A DNA stretch of 64,000 nt, from contig JAFTXZ010000012.1 of NCBI GenBank assembly GCA_017461385.1, forward strand, positions 10,022 through 74,021, given 5' to 3'. The notes below the pieces were generated by a model. That model ran no database searches. It was not told the DNA's origin and was given only the letters and a program-made list of their open reading frames with translations. Source of the stretch: Clostridia bacterium. Its GTDB lineage: Bacteria; Bacillota; Clostridia; Oscillospirales; CAG-272. Made by a program: the position numbers and the translations under genes. Shown here in pieces: positions 60,852 to 64,000 of the stretch (its first letter is position 1; the number at the start of each line of letters is the position of its first letter).

Positions 60852-60930
60852 GGGTGCATTTGCACCCTTGTCCCTTTTTTAGTTAATTAATCATCATTCC
60901 TTTGGAGACGAGGAACCGTCCCCTGTTACC
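60852..60930. repeat. Cassette-end module copy R3 (79 bp)
   Basis: GGGTGC-attt-GCACCC TTGTCCCTTTTT TAGTTAATTAAT catcattccttt GGAGACGAGGAACCGTCCCCTGTTACC. The upstream ORF is out of frame with the tail. Confidence 0.9.
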
Positions 60931-60939
60931 TGTCTTCCT

Positions 60940-61281
60940 TCATTTTTCGATAATATTTTTAATATAGTTCTTTAACTTAAGATAGTCATTATAAAATATT
61001 TTGAATTTTATTTTTTCTCCTGTACTTAATTTCATATCAATCAAGCCTGCCACCTGTTGTTTGTATATAAAAGCTACAGGGACTGCATACCATTTGCATA
61101 CATAATACTCACAGGAACTTATTTGTTCTATTAGCTCTAATTAAATTGTAATATTGAAATGCTGTCAATCCATAACCAGATATCAAGCCAAACGGACTTG
61201 CTTTTCCTAAATTTATTTTTTCGTCTATGACTGTTTTTCCCTCTATAATTAAAAAGTCCTTTATTTTTCAAAAACCTTCAT
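60940..61281 (-). pseudogene. Degraded small ORF (about 110 codons, spread over three frames)
   Basis: The minus strand reads MKVFEK* / KDFLIIEGKTVIDEKINLGKASPFGLISGYGLTAFQYYNLIRAN...* / LELIEQISSCEYYVCKWYAVPVAFIYKQQVAGLIDMKLSTGEKIKFKIFYNDYLKLKNYIKNIIEK*. The frame switches fall near A/T runs. The shared tail (QVTGDGSSSPKE*) follows in yet another frame. Confidence 0.4.
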
Positions 61282-61318
61282 TTTTTTGAAAAATTTTTAT
61301 TTTTTCGAGTTTTTGGCA

Positions 61319-61352
61319 AAAAATGAGAGTTGAATTTCAACTCTCATTTTTT
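61319..61352 (-). terminator. Intrinsic terminator of cca (hairpin includes the stop codon)
   Basis: AAAAATGAGAGTTGA-atttc-AACTCTCATTTTTT; the minus strand has a T-run after the stem. Confidence 0.75.
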
Positions 61353-62665
61353 ATTTCCGTTGCTCTTTTTAGAAGCGCTTCCCTTTCGTTTGGTACCTTC
61401 TCCTCAATTACCTCGCTGAGAAGAGTACTCAGAATTATACCTATTTCTCTGCCTGCAGGAATGCCTATTTTCATTAAGTCGCTACCATTTACCTTAAGGC
61501 TTGCAAGAGAAAAGCAGCTTTCGTTTATGATATCGTTTGCCATTTCCTCTAGCTTATCAAAATGCTCCATATTTACAAGGCTTGGATTTTGCGCCAGATT
61601 GTCAGCACGCTGAATTTTTATAAGGTCCAAAAACCTTTTTTGACCCATTCTGTTAAGTCTCTTTTTTACAAGTACTCTATCAAGGTCGGTATGGGTATCG
61701 TGTACCTTTATAAGCCCGTATACTGCGTCCTTTGTAAAATTATCGTATTTATACCTGTTCAAAAAATCTCTTGCAATTTGGGCGCTTTTTTCATTGTGCC
61801 CATAGAAGTGTCCTACGCCATTTTCATCCATTGTAAAGGTATGAACCTTACCTGTATCGTGAAGAAGCATTGCAAGCCTTATATGTGGAATGGGTGGTGC
61901 GCTTTCCACAGCCACGGCTGTATGCTCAAGAATGTCGTAGACATGCCATTTATTATGCTGGTCAAAGCCGTTCATTTTTAGAATTTCCGGGCATAGCTCG
62001 CCAAGCACTTCGTAGCATTGCAAAATAGCGTTTTTGACATTTTTGCCAAGCAAAAGCTTTTCTAGCTCGACCTGTATTCTTTCCCCTGCAATTTTGTGTA
62101 GAAGCGGAGCGCATTTCACCATAGCTTTTTTAGTATTTTCTTCGATTTCAAAGCCCAAGGTAGAGCTAAAGCGAATTGCGCGCAAGATTCTGAGTGCGTC
62201 CTCCTCGAACCTTTTTTGAGGCACGCCTATTGCTCTGATGACCTTGTTTTTTATGTCCTCAATGCCACCAAAGTAATCCTTTACCCCCTCTTTTTCGTTA
62301 TAAACGAGGGCGTTCATTGTAAAGTCTCTTCTTGATAGGTCAAGCTCTAGCTTTTTAGTGAAAACCACATTGTCCGGATGCCTTGAATCTTGATATTCGC
62401 CATCTATACGATAGGTGGTAATCTCCACCAGCTCACCCTTATGCATAAGGGTAATTGTGCCGTGCTTAAGTCCTGTTTCCAGAACCCTTTCGTTTTCAAA
62501 AACCTTAAGCATTTCTGAAGGGGTTGCACTTGTGGTTATGTCGAAATCATTTATTTCTCTTTCCATTAGCATATCACGTACACAACCACCGACGCAATAC
62601 GCCTCATAGCCCGCTTCACAGAGCATATCAAGTGCTAGCCTAGCACCCTCGCTAATTTTCAACAT
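61337..62665 (-). CDS. cca: CCA-adding tRNA nucleotidyltransferase with HD domain
   Basis: Start at the ATG after AAAGGAGGTG (MLKISEG...). Motifs GGCVRD, DFDITT and ...RRDFTMNA..., with an HD region ...LLHDTGK... Confidence 0.9.
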   Translation of the reverse strand: MLKISEGARLALDMLCEAGYEAYCVGGCVRDMLMEREINDFDITTSATPSEMLKVFENERVLETGLKHGTITLMHKGELVEITTYRIDGEYQDSRHPDNVVFTKKLELDLSRRDFTMNALVYNEKEGVKDYFGGIEDIKNKVIRAIGVPQKRFEEDALRILRAIRFSSTLGFEIEENTKKAMVKCAPLLHKIAGERIQVELEKLLLGKNVKNAILQCYEVLGELCPEILKMNGFDQHNKWHVYDILEHTAVAVESAPPIPHIRLAMLLHDTGKVHTFTMDENGVGHFYGHNEKSAQIARDFLNRYKYDNFTKDAVYGLIKVHDTHTDLDRVLVKKRLNRMGQKRFLDLIKIQRADNLAQNPSLVNMEHFDKLEEMANDIINESCFSLASLKVNGSDLMKIGIPAGREIGIILSTLLSEVIEEKVPNEREALLKRATEIKNES

Positions 62666-62678
62666 AACCACCTCCTTT

Positions 62679-64000
<1,322 letters not shown>

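Noticed and set aside
58734-60930. Module copies R1-R3 as CRISPR repeats or as integron attC sites
   Set aside because: The copies are about 1.1 kb apart with ORFs between them, so this is not CRISPR. For attC I could not find a convincing RYYYAAC / GTTRRRY core pair. The central GTTAATTAAC palindrome only approximates it. No intI-like integrase is in the window, and integrons are not expected in this lineage. The cassette analogy is kept only as an analogy.

Overview
64-kb chromosomal window from a low-GC, endospore-forming Firmicute. The Clostridia-like assignment is an inference from spoIVA, a GerA/SpoVAF-family gene, ytvI, cotH, the ecfA1-ecfA2-ecfT-truA block and the rpsL-rpsG-fusA-tuf operon. 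I can support about 58 tightly packed protein-coding genes, mostly housekeeping. They include: a heterodimeric ABC exporter pair; a ThyX-like/CDF/CotH operon; an M23 peptidase; a sugar isomerase plus Gfo/Idh/MocA oxidoreductase; hprK; an XRE regulator next to a GH36 alpha-galactosidase and an orphan solute-binding lipoprotein; gdhA; proS; a ClpC-like AAA+ ATPase; two CvpA paralogues; truA plus the ECF energising module; and ruvC / DUF951 / YfhO / ruvA / ruvB, where ruvB carries an apparent 1-nt frameshift. Further along are a trigger-factor paralogue, a sensor kinase / THUMP methyltransferase / SpoVAF-like operon, ychF, an OmpR-type response regulator, ytvI, ppiB, spoIVA, the str operon, ftsZ, a CapD-like dehydratase, cca and the 3' part of ligA. 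I recognised no rRNA, tRNA, CRISPR array, transposase, integrase or phage genes. The one clearly accessory stretch is 58.7-61.3 kb, which is visibly more AT-rich. There, five small unrelated minus-strand ORFs (one degraded) each end in the same short coding tail. Three of the tails sit inside a conserved ~80-bp module (hairpin - TTAATTAA - second hairpin). One inverted partial copy creates a 27-bp inverted-repeat pair around a 167-bp segment. This looks like a cassette array with a candidate invertible switch, and I could not assign it to any known system. Two other oddities are a 40-bp tandem repeat built from the 3' end of the alpha-galactosidase gene and a 14-bp iteron/palindrome cluster upstream of the XRE gene.
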